Positions 37,901-50,571 are shown, numbered from the whole stretch's first letter. The stretch is 62,621 nucleotides of DNA, filler included, from Asterionella formosa (GCA_002256025.1; 13 parts of 13 records of this genome joined end to end with filler, not necessarily neighbours in it), one strand, 5' to 3'. Notes: generated from the letters alone by a model not told the origin. Numbers and translations are program-made.

Positions 37901-38767
37901 AGAATGGTTCTTTAAGGCTGACACAGGAAGGCTTAATCAAGCGAGTGTTAGAAGCTACTAAAATGCAAGAATGCAGACCCACAATGACACCAGCTGTCAA
38001 GGATACATTGGGTGCAGATGTTGATGGAAAACCAGCAGCAGCAGAAGAACAATGGAACTATAGGTCCGTGGTGGGAATGCTATTATACTTGGCATCAAAC
38101 TCGCGACCAGACATAGCCTTTGCAGTACATCAGTGTGCTCGTTTCTCCCATTGTCCTATGGTATCACATGAAGGGGCAATTAAGAGTATCTACCGCTATC
38201 TGAAAGGAACTATGAAAGAAGGAATTGTTTTCACACCTTCTGAGGAACTTGCAATAGATTGCTATGTAGATTCTGACTTTGCGGGTTTGTATGGTACTGA
38301 GGATTCTCATGATCCAATTTGCGCTAAGTACAGGACAGGATATGTCATAACGTTAGCAGGATGTCCGCTACTATGGGTATCAAAGCTAGCTACAGACCAC
38401 TATAGCCCTATCTACTACGGAAGCAGAATACCAGGCTTTATCAGCAAGTTGTTGGGACCTAATCCCATTACGACATATTTGCAAGGAAGCCTCGGATGCC
38501 CTGAAGATAAATGGACCTTTCATAGTACGATCACACTCGAAGATATATGAAGATAATAGTGCATGTTTGTCTCAAGCAACAATGCCCAAAATGACGCCAC
38601 GTACAAAACATATAGCAGTGGCTTATCATTGGTTTCGAGAATATGTATCGTCGGGAGACATTGAAGTCTTGAAAATTGATACTACAAAGCAACTTGCGGA
38701 CATTTTCACAAAGGGCTTGGTAGCAGAAAGATTTACAGCAATACGCAAGCTGCTGTGTGGTTGGTAA
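34975..38767 (+). mobile_element. Degenerate Ty1/Copia pol (protease C-part, GAG-pre-integrase, integrase, RT, RNase H); 5'-truncated
   Basis: YYVP...LLSPQ, WHYKLGH, VSVDHF, TDNG, HHQNGVAERSIR, WAFKRKRFPDG..KARF, LNKSLYG, YVDD, YRSVVGMLLYL, YVDSDFAG, RTKHI, QLADIFTKGL. Order PR-IN-RT-RH. Confidence 0.95.
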
Positions 38768-38792
38768 GCAGCTTTCTTCTGCTGAGAGGGAG

Positions 38793-39389
38793 AGTTGAAA
38801 CACAGAAGAATTCTTGATTCCTGATTCCCAGTTAGGTCTCCACTTTGCGTGAAGACAACATTTCCCTACTAGTCGTTGTGTTTGATGGAATAACGCACAA
38901 TTAAATACCAAGGTTTATAACGTTCAGACATTTGATAAAGAACAGTGTTGAAGGGCGAATTCTATCAAGTTTTCCCTATGTTTACCAAACAAACTTGGTA
39001 AACCCTAAACTACGAATGATTGGAGAGACAAATCAGTTCCTCTGTCTAAAGCATTGAAGAACAATCGAATCATCCTATTAAAGGATTGAGGAACAATCCA
39101 ATCATCATATTGCAGATACCTGAAAAGTATCTCAGTAGAGGAACATCTATGTCCTAGAATCTATCTAGGCTAGATGGATATATATATGTTACAAGGAAGA
39201 GGATGTAATCTACTTCGCTACAGCTGTAGGAATTACGAAGAACCTCGCCTCCAAGGAACAAAGAACAAATTCATTTCAGAAACATGTAGGAGTTGCCATG
39301 TTTCAATCGAAACTACATTTCAAAATTACATGTAGCTTAAGCTCACTCTTTTAGAAAACACACAAGTGAAACTACTAAGATTGTCAACA
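38793..39389 (+). mobile_element. Probable 3' LTR (about 597 bp) of the preceding Copia
   Basis: Follows PPT GAGAGGGAG (38784-38792). Starts AGTTGAAAC and ends TGTCAACA. Right boundary inferred from the terminal motif only. Confidence 0.6.
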
Positions 39390-40023
39390 GAATATTAAAA
39401 TCGTAAATTGTACTCCGTACTCATACTACTCACCGAGTTGATTTCTAACTCCATATACATAATTCGCGTAGATTTCTTGCATGGTTTGAGGACTGGTTTG
39501 GTACCATTATGTACAGGTAGTCTGGAAGGAAAAGCACATGTTTGTAGCCAGCCCGTAACCGTTGAATTTTCGTGATACTTTTTGATGATACAATTTTATT
39601 CTTATTTTTGTGGAGAATGGATTTTTTCGGTTTAAATCGAGTAGCCGTTGCATGATACTTTTTCAAAAAATATGATACCAAATCGAAGATGATAAGAACG
39701 ACCCTAAGCATTGGAAAGGGTGCATATTGGTGAAAGCTCCGTTTAGCGATATACATTTATGTTTTACTCGTAAGAAGTGTGTGTTTGACTACTCTGACTT
39801 AATATTTTTTAACCCTACCATTAATCTAGGGTTGAAATGCAGGAACCTTAAATAATAACTTTGTGCCCATCAGCTTTACGTGCCATCAAGTTAGGCAGCT
39901 TTTTCGTTCTGTAACTATAGCAAGCAAAGCTATACATAGTCAATCGCCATCTGCTGCTGCTCTTGCTGAGCCTCGAGTCCGATTCAAGGGTGTCGTCAGC
40001 TTGCCGTGAACTCCGGACTGGTG

Positions 40024-40661
40024 ATGCGCCGATACGTGGATGCTCTCTACGAGCACGTGGTGTTGATTGACGTAGATCCTGCGCTCATCTCTCGATTCCA
40101 GCTTGGCTTAGTTATTGGTCTGGTGTGGATCACAACTCTATCTTTCTTTCCAGGTACATTAATACTAGGGGATGGATTCGATGAACCGAATGTGCTTCCC
40201 TTTCCGTTCACTCATCAAGGCCATATATTTCTATTGTAGGCAAACCTTTAGGTATTTCATATGGCGCCGACCCCGACATAGCAGCGGAGACAGAGAATGA
40301 GAGCAAGGTAGAACAAGACTCAACCAGCACAATCACCAAACCTACTTATGTCCCACAAACCCGGGCACTGGAAGACGAGCTTTCGCCAGAACAACTCGAA
40401 AAGATTCGCGTCAAATGTGGACTGTCCAAGGAACAGTTCAAGGATGCCATTCGAAAATCCAAATCCCCCGAAAATGGCAGCAGTTTGCTTCAGACTCCCC
40501 TGTACAAAGTGTTCAATCGATTGGTGTATGTCATGGCCTTCGCAGCACTGTTTTATGTTTTGAATCGAGACTACAACAACTACGCGAGTTGGTGGTTTGC
40601 CAGGTACTTTCCGAATGAAGCACGGACAATGGGTATGTTCGTCCCAGAAGGCAACAATTAG
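40024..40661 (+). CDS. 183-aa hypothetical membrane protein, 2 exons: 40024-40153, 40240-40661
   Basis: Intron 40154-40239 (GTACAT...TTGTAG) gives one 552-nt frame: MRRYVDAL...LGLVIGLVWITTLSFFPG|KPLG...FNRLVYVMAFAALFYVLNRDYNNYASWWFARYFPNEARTMG...; two hydrophobic helices; gene-like GC content. Confidence 0.75.
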
Positions 40662-41199
40662 CATGTCGGGCCCGCATTGGAGGTGGTGGTGGAATACAGA
40701 ATTTAATGTTTTCGTTACATGGGTATATACTTTGTTTTGTGCAAGGAGTCAAGTCGTCACCTAGCATCTTATTCGGACTCTAAAATTAATCTACTTTCCC
40801 TTGAAAAAACCCCGCCGATTGAGGCTTGAATTTTCGAAGGATCTTTACTGTGCTTTCAACAGTGGACCAGAAGGTAGCAGTTAAGCTGCTGCTAAATAAT
40901 GCATGGCTAGTTGGAAAAATCTCGTCCAATCTGTATGTATTTAATGCACAGTGTAACTAATCAGGGGCCAGATATTGGTTGCAAGAAATAAGTTTCATTG
41001 CAATCTTCAACCACCTCAATGCCAAGTATCAATGCATGACAATCGTCATCTGTGTGAAACGAATTTCAATCACCAAATGTCAGAAAGACCCCCTCTACAG
41101 GCTCCATGAAAGTTGGGAGTGAACCATCAATTGATAATGATGAAAAATGATAATGAATAACATAAAACAAATGTAATATAGGAATTACACATAATTCTA

Positions 41200-42330
41200 C
41201 GACTTCAAATCCATACCTATTAACAATCCTATACAAATAGGGTCAAATTAACAGAAGTTTTTTGATTCTGACCAACTTTGCTAACAAGAAAATTGTTTTT
41301 GAAATAATTTTTTGTAGGATTAGATATCATCTTTCACCTTTCTCTTCAAAACGAAATTTATCTTAAATGTTGGGAAAGGACCCCTGAAGACAACGCATTC
41401 CACAAACAGACAACTGTCTGACAGAAGTTGCTCGAAAGCTTACACCAAATCTTCGATAAGGGTTAACAATCATGTCCATGTTGATTTGATGTGATTCAAG
41501 CATTGCATGGGACTTCATAGATGCAAACACAAAGTCTACAAAAACTCTCTTACCTGCTGCTCCATAAGCCGTTTCATCAATTTGGTCATATATACTAGAT
41601 GTCCAAATGACCATTGTTGAGTTGTGAAGAACACCATCCAGGTGCATGAAAATAAGTAAAACAAATGTTCCATCAGGAGAAAAGGGACAAGTTTTTCACA
41701 TAATGTTCATAAGTTCACCCATTGTAGAAACTCATATGCTCTCCAGTTCATTGCAGTGGTGTCAGTTTCAGACTTTCCATTGCTCCCCAACAATTCTTTG
41801 TCAGTAGGGTGTATTTCTGATTCATCATGGATGCGGATAAAGCGGTTTCGGCTGAAGTACGAGGTAGTTGCACAATGGCTTCTTCATTAGTGAGATGTAC
41901 TTTACAATTGTCCACCTCGACAACCTCAACGAAACCCTCAAGAAATCGTGAGTTACATTGCAAGCCGATGCATCATAAAGGAACCACAAGTAGTCCATGC
42001 CAGTCCAAGTGCCAGACAACTAATGGAACACAGGATTCTAGGCCGACCTCTTTGTTATTGAATTCTGACTGTAATACCTGATATAGGATCTTGAAGGAAG
42101 CGCGGTCAAATCCACACAAAAATTTAATGATAGCATCATCATGCTTGTTGCTGTTGAACAGATTCAGAATGGACTTGACAGGGTTTGTTGTAGTGCCTTG
42201 CACCGGATTTTTGTCATTCCTTTTCCTGGTCTCTTCAACAGTAATACTTTCTTGAAAAGATGGTACCAATGTCATCATCATTTCATCATCAGGATGAGAG
42301 GAACAAAGCCAACATGGCAAGTTGACCAAC
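41200..42330 (-). pseudogene. Degenerate PIF/Harbinger transposase (DDE_Tnp_4-like)
   Basis: LCGFDRASF, CWGAMESLKL (cf. DGLK), FYNG...HYVKNL..SPDGT, GVLHNS (cf. PG..HDS), ATSVRQLSVCGMRCLQGSFP. Frameshifted. Confidence 0.75.
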
Positions 42331-42589
42331 GATGATGAAATGATGCACATCAATGATTATCAGCTATACACATATATATAATGAACAAGACAAGAAGGCA
42401 TAACAAATGAAGCTTTAAAAATTCAAGTGTCAGAAATTATAGTAAAATTTCATATTTAATGTCAGATAGTAAGTAATCTAAAATATTAGTAACGATGATG
42501 TTATGTATCAAAGCAACAAAAAATGTGATAAAATCTTTTTGTTACCACTCAATTTGGTACTCCCTCATTTCATCTATAGTTGCAACTAA

Positions 42590-43640
42590 CCATCTGGTGT
42601 GCCCTTTCATGAAGCGAAGCTCCGACAATTATACGGCTAACAGCACCTCCTTATTAATCATTCCGAATCGAATATAATACAAAGCATACTTTGTAAAGAA
42701 GTAATACCAGAACAGGGAAAAATTGGTTGACTGGGACAAAATATTATCAACATTCAAGAGTTAACAATGTCAAACATACTCAAGGATCACAAAATATATC
42801 CATGGGTGGCTTCCAACAGGAGAGGGAAGAAGGAGGAGTATAATGCACCAATGGGTCAAGACATGCCCTCAATGTGGAGAGGACGAGTCAAATGAACATT
42901 TGATAGTGTGCAAACACCCCAAAAGCGCGATAATAGAGAACTTCAAATCTCAGTGATGGCATCTAGCTAAGATACAGCAATCAAAAGCGGGCCAAACAGT
43001 ATCACCGGTATGGATCGAGTATGTCAAACACCTTTTATCATCCACCAAGGATCCCTTCAAACCAAATTTCGAGCCCGGTTCACTAGACACAACAAAAAAG
43101 GTACATCTGGTAATAGAACAACAAAACACAATGGGAAAGATAATGACGTTAAAAGGAAGCGACAATTAAGCAAAGAATGGAGAATTTCAGTAAAAAGCTC
43201 GATAACGGATCCAAGTCCAACAAAAGCAGAATGCAACATCTGGGTAAAAACGGCCATCATACAAATATGGCATTTAATGGATGGAGCCTGGAAGGAAATA
43301 AATGATGCATTACATAATGGCAAGAACAATACCATTTCTCAATCAGAATATGACAAAAAAAATTAAAGAGTACTACAAAAAAATGGATGAACATCTATTC
43401 AGCGCGAGCTTGGAGGAACTTCTGACAACTCGACTGAGTGAAAAACTAAGATTTCTAGAAAAGGCCAACTATCTGTTCAAAGAATCACGGGCCAACAATG
43501 ATCAATTCACACTTATTACAACACAAAAATCAAGAACACCACAACAGCGTCAACACAAGAAGTGGGGAAGACAAGCAAGGAAGAAACTAACACAATCCAC
43601 ACTTCTCATCCAATTCTGGAGCTGACATGATGAACAGTGC
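42590..43640 (+). mobile_element. Degenerate LINE 3' region with CCHC zinc finger
   Basis: TKYIHGWLPTG, CPQCGEDESNEHLIVC and AWKEINDALH...SEYDKK. Related to 6150-7700. Confidence 0.7.
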
Positions 43641-44679
43641 AACTATGGAGAAATGCTCAGAAAACAACGCTGCCAAATTAATTTCAACCCTACTTCCACA
43701 CGAGGGAGTGAGGACCACCACAAAAATCTACTGCCCCACCATATATGGGCCGCCCATGGAGCGCAAAGACCGCAACTCCAGAAATAGAACTCCAGAAATA
43801 GAATAGTAAGAATGCGCTATAAAAATGATTAAAATATATATGTATCTTCTAACTATTTTCTAAAAAGTCGAATGCAGCATTTCTCGTAGAATCGTGCTCC
43901 CTTCAAGCAAACCCCCACCTTGACCCTGTGACAACTAATAGGCAGTACTCAACGAACTAAACCATTCCTCTTTGTTAGATATTTTATTCGCCTTCTATAG
44001 AACATATCATATTTTTTACAGAAACGCAAGCTCATTAATTTTTTGTCTTATTTTTCTTTGGTACTAATAGCTGATTTGACACATGCCGATACAGGTCAGT
44101 AGGCAAGGCAAACCAAAGAAAATCAACATCCTTCATTATTCCAGATATATTGCTATTCAGCATTATAGTTTATTAAAATGATTCTCTAAATGAAGCACCT
44201 GACTCCAGCATCACTATCTCTTTCATATGAGGATGCATAGGGCCTATTGCTTCATCTACAAGCAGGGTAATTGGCATAAGTGAGAGGGGAAAATCGTGAT
44301 AGTTTTTGGTCATGTTGCAATTATAGATAGTATGATCATTTGACAGAAAGAGTATTTCAGAGCGCGCCCAGTATCTGATACTACCGATAAAATGATAAAC
44401 CCCATGGGCGAAAATAGTTGTGGCGATTCTTAACTTTTCTCCGGGGCTATGTGACTTCTACGATTTTCTCCAGCTTAATTGCCCTAATGTGCGCCATGCG
44501 ATAAGCTATTGATCTATGTATAATCCATATATGTAGTAAATTTAAAATTGGCAACAACATTAAAAAACGTTTTTGGGCCGCTCCCTTTTCGATTTCACTT
44601 TTGCCCATCTAGAGCCAAATGGAGATGCATGACCCCCCACCTAATCTTCACAAGCAAGCATAGGAAGAGTTATTTGTCA

Positions 44680-45520
44680 GTAGAATAACGTCAAATGTTT
44701 CTCAATTTTGGTCTGCGGAACCTTATAAGAGGACCTGATGAAAGTGATGAAACAGACTGTTGGCTCATTTGTTGCTGGTAAACCTCTGTCAAATTCTTGC
44801 CACAGCCATACGTTAGATGTTGCTGTAACGAAGAGTACTGTACAACTTATATGGAATCTCGCGCTCGCCTTTTACTATTTAGAGAATAGTGACAAATTTG
44901 CCTCGCTTTCCCGCAAACATTGTTCAGGTTGGCATCCAAAATATTCATGATGAGTTTTTTGCCACTATCAAGAAAATTCCTTTCCACACTCTCACCACAT
45001 ATTGCAAGCTGGTGGCATCACGAGCACTTACTACTTTGCCAAAATCCACAATATATTGTAATATCGCCAGAAACCCCAAACAGGGGGATATCATTAGTAG
45101 AACCTATACAACAAATGACTTCTGTCAAAATTTGACAGAGGAGTGTACAACTAGTTGGTTTTTACAGCTTGCCTTACTCATCTACAACTGAATCACCCTG
45201 ATCTACTCTAGTATTATCCTTCACCTGAAGTGGCTTTTGACCCAGGAAAGTTTGGATTATTCAAATGGCTTTACAATCAGGTTCATGTGAAAGAAATGGT
45301 TTTACGTTCAGGAGGTTAGACAGTGATTCTACTTGACTGAGGGAGAGAGGGGATCCGTTTTTAGGACAAAACACAAGGATCACATCGACAAGTTATGTTC
45401 TTATCTGCTGTTGTTCACCCAAGTATGCTGATGAAAATGGAGTGTGTACATTTGATGGAAAGATTGGTATACAGGCCCTTCATTCAGCAGACTCCAGCAC
45501 TTAGGAATTTGATAAAACAA
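44680..45520 (+). pseudogene. Degenerate Tc1/mariner (DD39D-like) transposase, copy 2
   Basis: STVQLIW (HTH-like), VHV.EKWF-like, TKHKDHIDK, PKYADENGVCTFDGKIG. Homologous to 17341-17850. Confidence 0.75.
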
Positions 45521-45779
45521 CCCGCTGGGATTATGATAACCATGAATCTAGCACTAAATAGCTAAACGCAGGAAATAAACATAGCTATGCAGATACAATG
45601 ATTAATGCACAATGTGACTTGACATACTGACCTTTTGCCAATACAGGGTGAACTTTGTATTGGAATGATATATCACCTTGTGTCGGAAAATCAAATGACT
45701 GAAACCTTGTGTTGATGCCCGACAATATAGGGTATGCCTGGATTTGGAGGTCGAAAACCGGTTGTAAATGTACCAAAAA

Positions 45780-45898
45780 TTTCTCCGTTTAGCGATGTAC
45801 ATTTATTCTTTACCCGTACGACGTGTGTGTTTGACTACTCTGACTTGATATTGCTATTTTAACCCTACCTCTAATCTAGGGTTGAAACGCAGGAACCT
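45780..45898. mobile_element. Kolobok-like TIR element end, copy 3
   Basis: CTCCGTTTAGCGAT...TTAACCCTACCTCTAATCTAGGGTTGAAACGCAGGAACCT matches 39737-39848. Confidence 0.75.
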
Positions 45899-46149
45899 TC
45901 TATGTAAGAGATCCGATGAATATACAGAACTTAACCGAGCTCGATAGAAATCCTAAACATATAATAATAACTCTGCCTTCCGAGGGATTTCTAGTTAGTA
46001 CAGCACCCGGAAGTATGGATAGATGGATCTGTTCGAAATCATCCACATGNNNNNNNNNNNNNNNNNNNNNNNNNNNNNNNNNNNNNNNNNNNNTTAATTA
46101 ATTAANNNNNNNNNNNNNNNNNNNNNNNNNNNNNNNNNNNNNNNNNNNN

Positions 46150-46224
46150 GTCACAAAAGAAGATGCCATCAAGTGGTTCCAAGACAAGTTTGAAGGTGTG
46201 GTCTTGGCCAAGGAAGCCAAGTAA
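46150..46224 (+). CDS. RPL11: 60S ribosomal protein L11 (uL5), C-terminal fragment cut by the contig edge
   Basis: VTKEDAIKWFQDKFEGVVLAKEAK* matches the uL5 C-terminus pattern (KE.A..WFQ.K..G). Confidence 0.8.
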   Translation, partial: VTKEDAIKWFQDKFEGVVLAKEAK

Positions 46225-47374
46225 ACTGTACTGTAGGAGACTATAGTTTAGTTTAATTTGATATTTCGCCAAGAAAAATATAACAAACCAAAAGTAACCA
46301 TGACACTAATTGTCATTGTAGTGTATATATATCAGTCATGTTAAGCCATTTCTAGTAAGAAAGTTAGTCTCTTTAGTCGACAAGAACATTAAAGTGATCG
46401 ATGCGCCAATAGTTATAGGTAGTAGTTTATTGCGTACAGTAGTCGACCTCTTGATATCTCATTGTTTCCGCTCGACATCAAGCTACAGTCGCCAACTAGC
46501 TTATTAGCGCTTGAGCATATCTACCATATTGGCATTGTCCTGGAAAGAGACGATGAAATAAACGAATATCAACTTCCCATCATACTACATTCTTCTATGA
46601 TTGTTGGAAACGGTAGAGCCATACTGGTAGTAGACTAGATCAAGTAATACTGATGCCTATTACTGTACTACTAAGATATTTACTGTTTCACAACTAATAT
46701 GTAAAGTTCATATAAACTAACTTAAAATTGCACATCTGCCGGAGTACTAGTAAGATATTTAGGACCATACCGGTAGGGAGAGGGGTATTTGCAGTGTGAT
46801 GTATCCTGTTGAAAATAGACAATCAACTACCGGCACGGCATATTGACTATTCCCTAGTAACGGCAATATACACAAATGCATTGAAAAATATAGGACAAAG
46901 ATGAGGAAACCGAAACCAGTGTTCAAAAGTGGAGTTTTACTAGATGCGGCTTATGTGAACTATCCTGTACTTTGACCACAGTGAAAAAATCAGCAGTGTT
47001 GGGAAGAGAAATGTTACGGTTATTAATACATTGCACCATCAACAACGATATTATGTAATCAAGTAAAGCAAAGTTTATTCGATGGGGTCGATGGAATATT
47101 CTATCTATTCATAGCGATCGAGCAACTTCGAGAATAGCGCAATCACCTGCGGCATTCCTCAAAAGAAACTCACGCAAAACTAGTGTTGTCGACAATTTGT
47201 GAAATTGATAGTATAGTCAAAAGTGAACTGAATGGAATGAGATGAGATGATAAATTGCGCTATTCATATTACATTTCGTTGAGGTTTTCATATAAATGTC
47301 ACCATGCAGTTCTGATTGTTCTGATGATGTCTATATAATTAACATCGTACAAAGCTCCAAAAAATGAAAATTTA

Positions 47375-47557
47375 TTAACTGGGTTCGGAAACTTTTTTCG
47401 ACTTTTTCGTTTTTTTCTTTTCCTTTTTTACATCCAACGTGGCAGCATTTGCACAGTCTTCTAACAGAGCAATAGAATCTCGGTCTCTTGGCTCACGAAG
47501 AGATGAAAGTGCCTTCTTCTTACGTCGACGTTCCTTTTCTTCCTTTTGTGCTGGAGT
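47375..47557 (-). CDS. Lys-rich C-terminal fragment of an unidentified protein, cut by the contig edge
   Basis: Open frame TPAQKEEKERRRKKKALSSLREPRDRDSIALLEDCANAATLDVKKEKKKTKKSKKVSEPS*. Confidence 0.45.
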   Translation of the reverse strand, partial: TPAQKEEKERRRKKKALSSLREPRDRDSIALLEDCANAATLDVKKEKKKTKKSKKVSEPS

Positions 47558-48924
47558 NNNNNNNNNNNNNNNNNNNNNNNNNNNNNNNNNNNNNNNNNNN
47601 NTTAATTAATTAANNNNNNNNNNNNNNNNNNNNNNNNNNNNNNNNNNNNNNNNNNNNGGGAGTACGAATTGGCTAGAGAATATACTATCCTTTTTGATTT
47701 GTAGGATAATTTCATAGTCATGACGAAGTTTATTAATTCATGAATTTGAAACCGAGATAGTATGGTGTTGTTCCACTGACAGCCAGTTCAACTTCGAGAA
47801 ATGCAATACAATTTGAGTTGCATCCATTTGTTAAAACGAAAACCAACATGGCTGGTATTGAGTTGTTGATTCTATAATCATAGCAAAGGATATTAAAACA
47901 TGTGGAGAGCGGAAATTTATCTGGGTTTGCTGACATATTCAATAAAATCAAATTCTAATTGAGTGGAGTTTTGTTCAAAGAACGGAAGGTTGGAACAAAA
48001 CGCTGTCAAACCATTAAATATGATTCTGCTGAGTATAGCCAAGTTCTGTGGGCATGATGGAGGGAAGGGAAAGATTTGTGACAATTGCAAATGATATGGT
48101 ATTAGCAAATCAAAAAATAAGAGAATAAACATTTATTTTAATATCATCAAACATGCTTTACTACTGAACTTGCTCAGCTTGTTCATTTTCACCCTGCATC
48201 AACTATTCAATGACTTCCTGTAAGCAGGCCTACCAAGCGCAATAAGCATACATCAAGAGGATGATTAATGTGGGCAGCCATCAAGTCTTGCAGCAATGAA
48301 ATGATGGAACCATGACGCCACAGTGTGTTAGTGTGGTGTTGATCGTGATGCATGTATCAAAATCCTTTCAAAAATACTTGAACTCACGAAAACTTATCAG
48401 TGTACAACATGGGATTTCATAAATTAATTTAGCCTTTGGTAGGGTGCTACTACGATCTAGTACCTGGCAGGTACCGGACAATCGTCCGGGAGAACGCCAT
48501 CAAGGTGATATAGAACTAGGACCGAAAATCAGTAGCTTCACCGTGTTTCCTCAAAAGCCTGACAATTGTCGGGTAGAGATACTGTACACAGAATCCTGGT
48601 GGTACGTGGTACTTTTTAGTCCGGTAGATGTCCGATGATGAGTTGCATTTCAGTTTTACCGGACACTTCGACATTAACCTAGGTCAGATATAAACAGGCT
48701 ACATACAAAATATTCCACACGCGAGTGCACCACAGGACGGAATCCAGAATCCGTTTGTATGCCATACTTGATGTCGAAATCAACAGAACGACATCATAAA
48801 TAATATTTTTTTATTTTTTTATTTCTATCATATTCATATATTATGTTCAAGGAGCATGGTGATATGGTACATTACCTGTAACCTGGTACCAGGTGTATAC
48901 CAGGGGCAAGTCACCACGAAGTAC

Positions 48925-49064
48925 TAGGCGATAGAATATGAAAATGATCACGTGACTACGACATACAGCTGTGCAAATGATGCTATTGCTTTGGCTGTTA
49001 CTATCACTCTAGCATGTAATAGGCGATAGAATACGAAAATGATCACGTGACTACAACAAATACC
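48925..49064 (+). repeat. Direct repeat with about 95-bp period running into the contig end
   Basis: TAGGCGATAGAATA(T/C)GAAAATGATCACGTGACTAC at 48925 and 49020. Confidence 0.75.
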
Positions 49065-49859
49065 NNNNNNNNNNNNNNNNNNNNNNNNNNNNNNNNNNNN
49101 NNNNNNNNTTAATTAATTAANNNNNNNNNNNNNNNNNNNNNNNNNNNNNNNNNNNNNNNNNNNNAATACAACAGGCAGGTCCAATCATGATGATAGGGTC
49201 ATTTACCGCAACAATGATACGAATCCATGTTCAGTTCTTTCCATATTCCTCAATAAATCGTGAAGACATTGATGTTCAGAACTTCCCTATACTCTTTGTA
49301 TACAATTACCCTGATAGATATAAAAGGATGTGTTACTTATGTTCTAACGGGTGATTCTTGTGAGCATTGATCCAACGACAGCACTTAGCTACTGCGACAG
49401 TCATTTCTTCACATTTAATTTGTCCCCGAAAGTATGCATATACAGGTAAGCAAATAAACACTTGAAGAGAATGCACGCATTGAGCTACTGTCAACCCAAC
49501 AATTGAATTTTCTGACATATTCATGTACACACGAGTCCCAATCATATTATTTAGCTAACCATATATGTATTTATTTACTTCTATGTTTGAATATTTCAAA
49601 CACCCGTGTACAGGTACTGTCGTTCAAATAGATCTGAATATCATCAATTTTACCGATACTTAATTTTATTTTATTCAATGTTGTATGATTTTATTTGTTT
49701 TGAATTTAGTCTTTAAAAATTTCAGTAAGTGATATTAGAATATATACAATGCTTTATGAGTTAATTATTTACCACGACCTAATATAAAGTATAAATATGG
49801 GTTGTACGACAATCCGGTATGGAGTAATAGTTAATGATATAATTAAGCCCCATCATGGA

Positions 49860-50072
49860 TGTGACATGTACGTAAAAAAGGGCAAGGGTTAGAATGCGAA
49901 GTATGTGTTAATATCTGCATATGATGCTCCATACATGCGCCGTACGAACCATACCGGCGCAGCCACCAGATTAGGTACATGCGTGAGTGCTGACAACGAT
50001 GTACTTGGAACAGCAATAGAATAGTCATAATATTGTAGTTCACCTTTATTCACGATAAGGTTCCCCTCAACA
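49860..50072 (+). mobile_element. Probable 5' LTR of a CoDi-type Copia
   Basis: Ends CCCCTCAACA, 147 bp before the gag ATG. Left boundary (TGTGAC at 49860) is uncertain and set by the shift from AT-rich flank. Confidence 0.55.
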
Positions 50073-50219
50073 GAACTACAATATCTGTTCTTTCTCTCTT
50101 GTCCGCACCTGCGAAGTTGCGGGTCTTGTCGACAGTGCAAACCAGCACTGGTCTCAACAATCAACCGTCCAGCACCGCTTGCCCATTCGCTGTCCCTGTC
50201 TCTCAGGCCTTCTTCCACC

Positions 50220-50571
50220 ATGACGACTCCAATCGTTTCCGCTGTTTTCCCCTTCCCTCATCCGCTCTTGACGCCGATCGAGGGCAAACCTACAGCCTTC
50301 ACTGTAACCCGCCTTCGCAAGGAACTCTTTGCCAACGCTCGCTCTGTCCACTGTACCAGTGGTGGTGGTGCCAATGGTTTCCTTGGTATTGTCATGGCTG
50401 CTGCTCCTTATCTCTTACGTGCCGGTGAACCCTTTGTACCGCCCGAACATCCCGGCATCCAGCCGACACACAGTGCTACTGCAACACAGTCCCAAATCAC
50501 TGCTGCCAACCGTCTCTTTGACACCTCCCTTGACGCATTCCGCCGTTACTCCCAAATCCGTGAAATTCTCC
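50220..50571 (+). mobile_element. CoDi-type Copia gag N-terminus (intact frame, cut by the contig edge)
   Basis: FPHPLLTPIEGKP...ELFANARSV...GGGANGFLGIV...PFVPPEHPG is characteristic of diatom CoDi gag proteins. Confidence 0.75.

Larger units (their letters stand above)
34453..39851. mobile_element. Kolobok-like TIR element, copy 2, interrupted by a Copia retrotransposon
   Basis: TTAA|GGTTCCTGCATTTCAAGCCTA at 34453 and TAGGGTTGAAATGCAGGAACC|TTAA ending at 39851. The two subterminal regions match the opposite ends of copy 1 (4646-5712). Confidence 0.7.
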
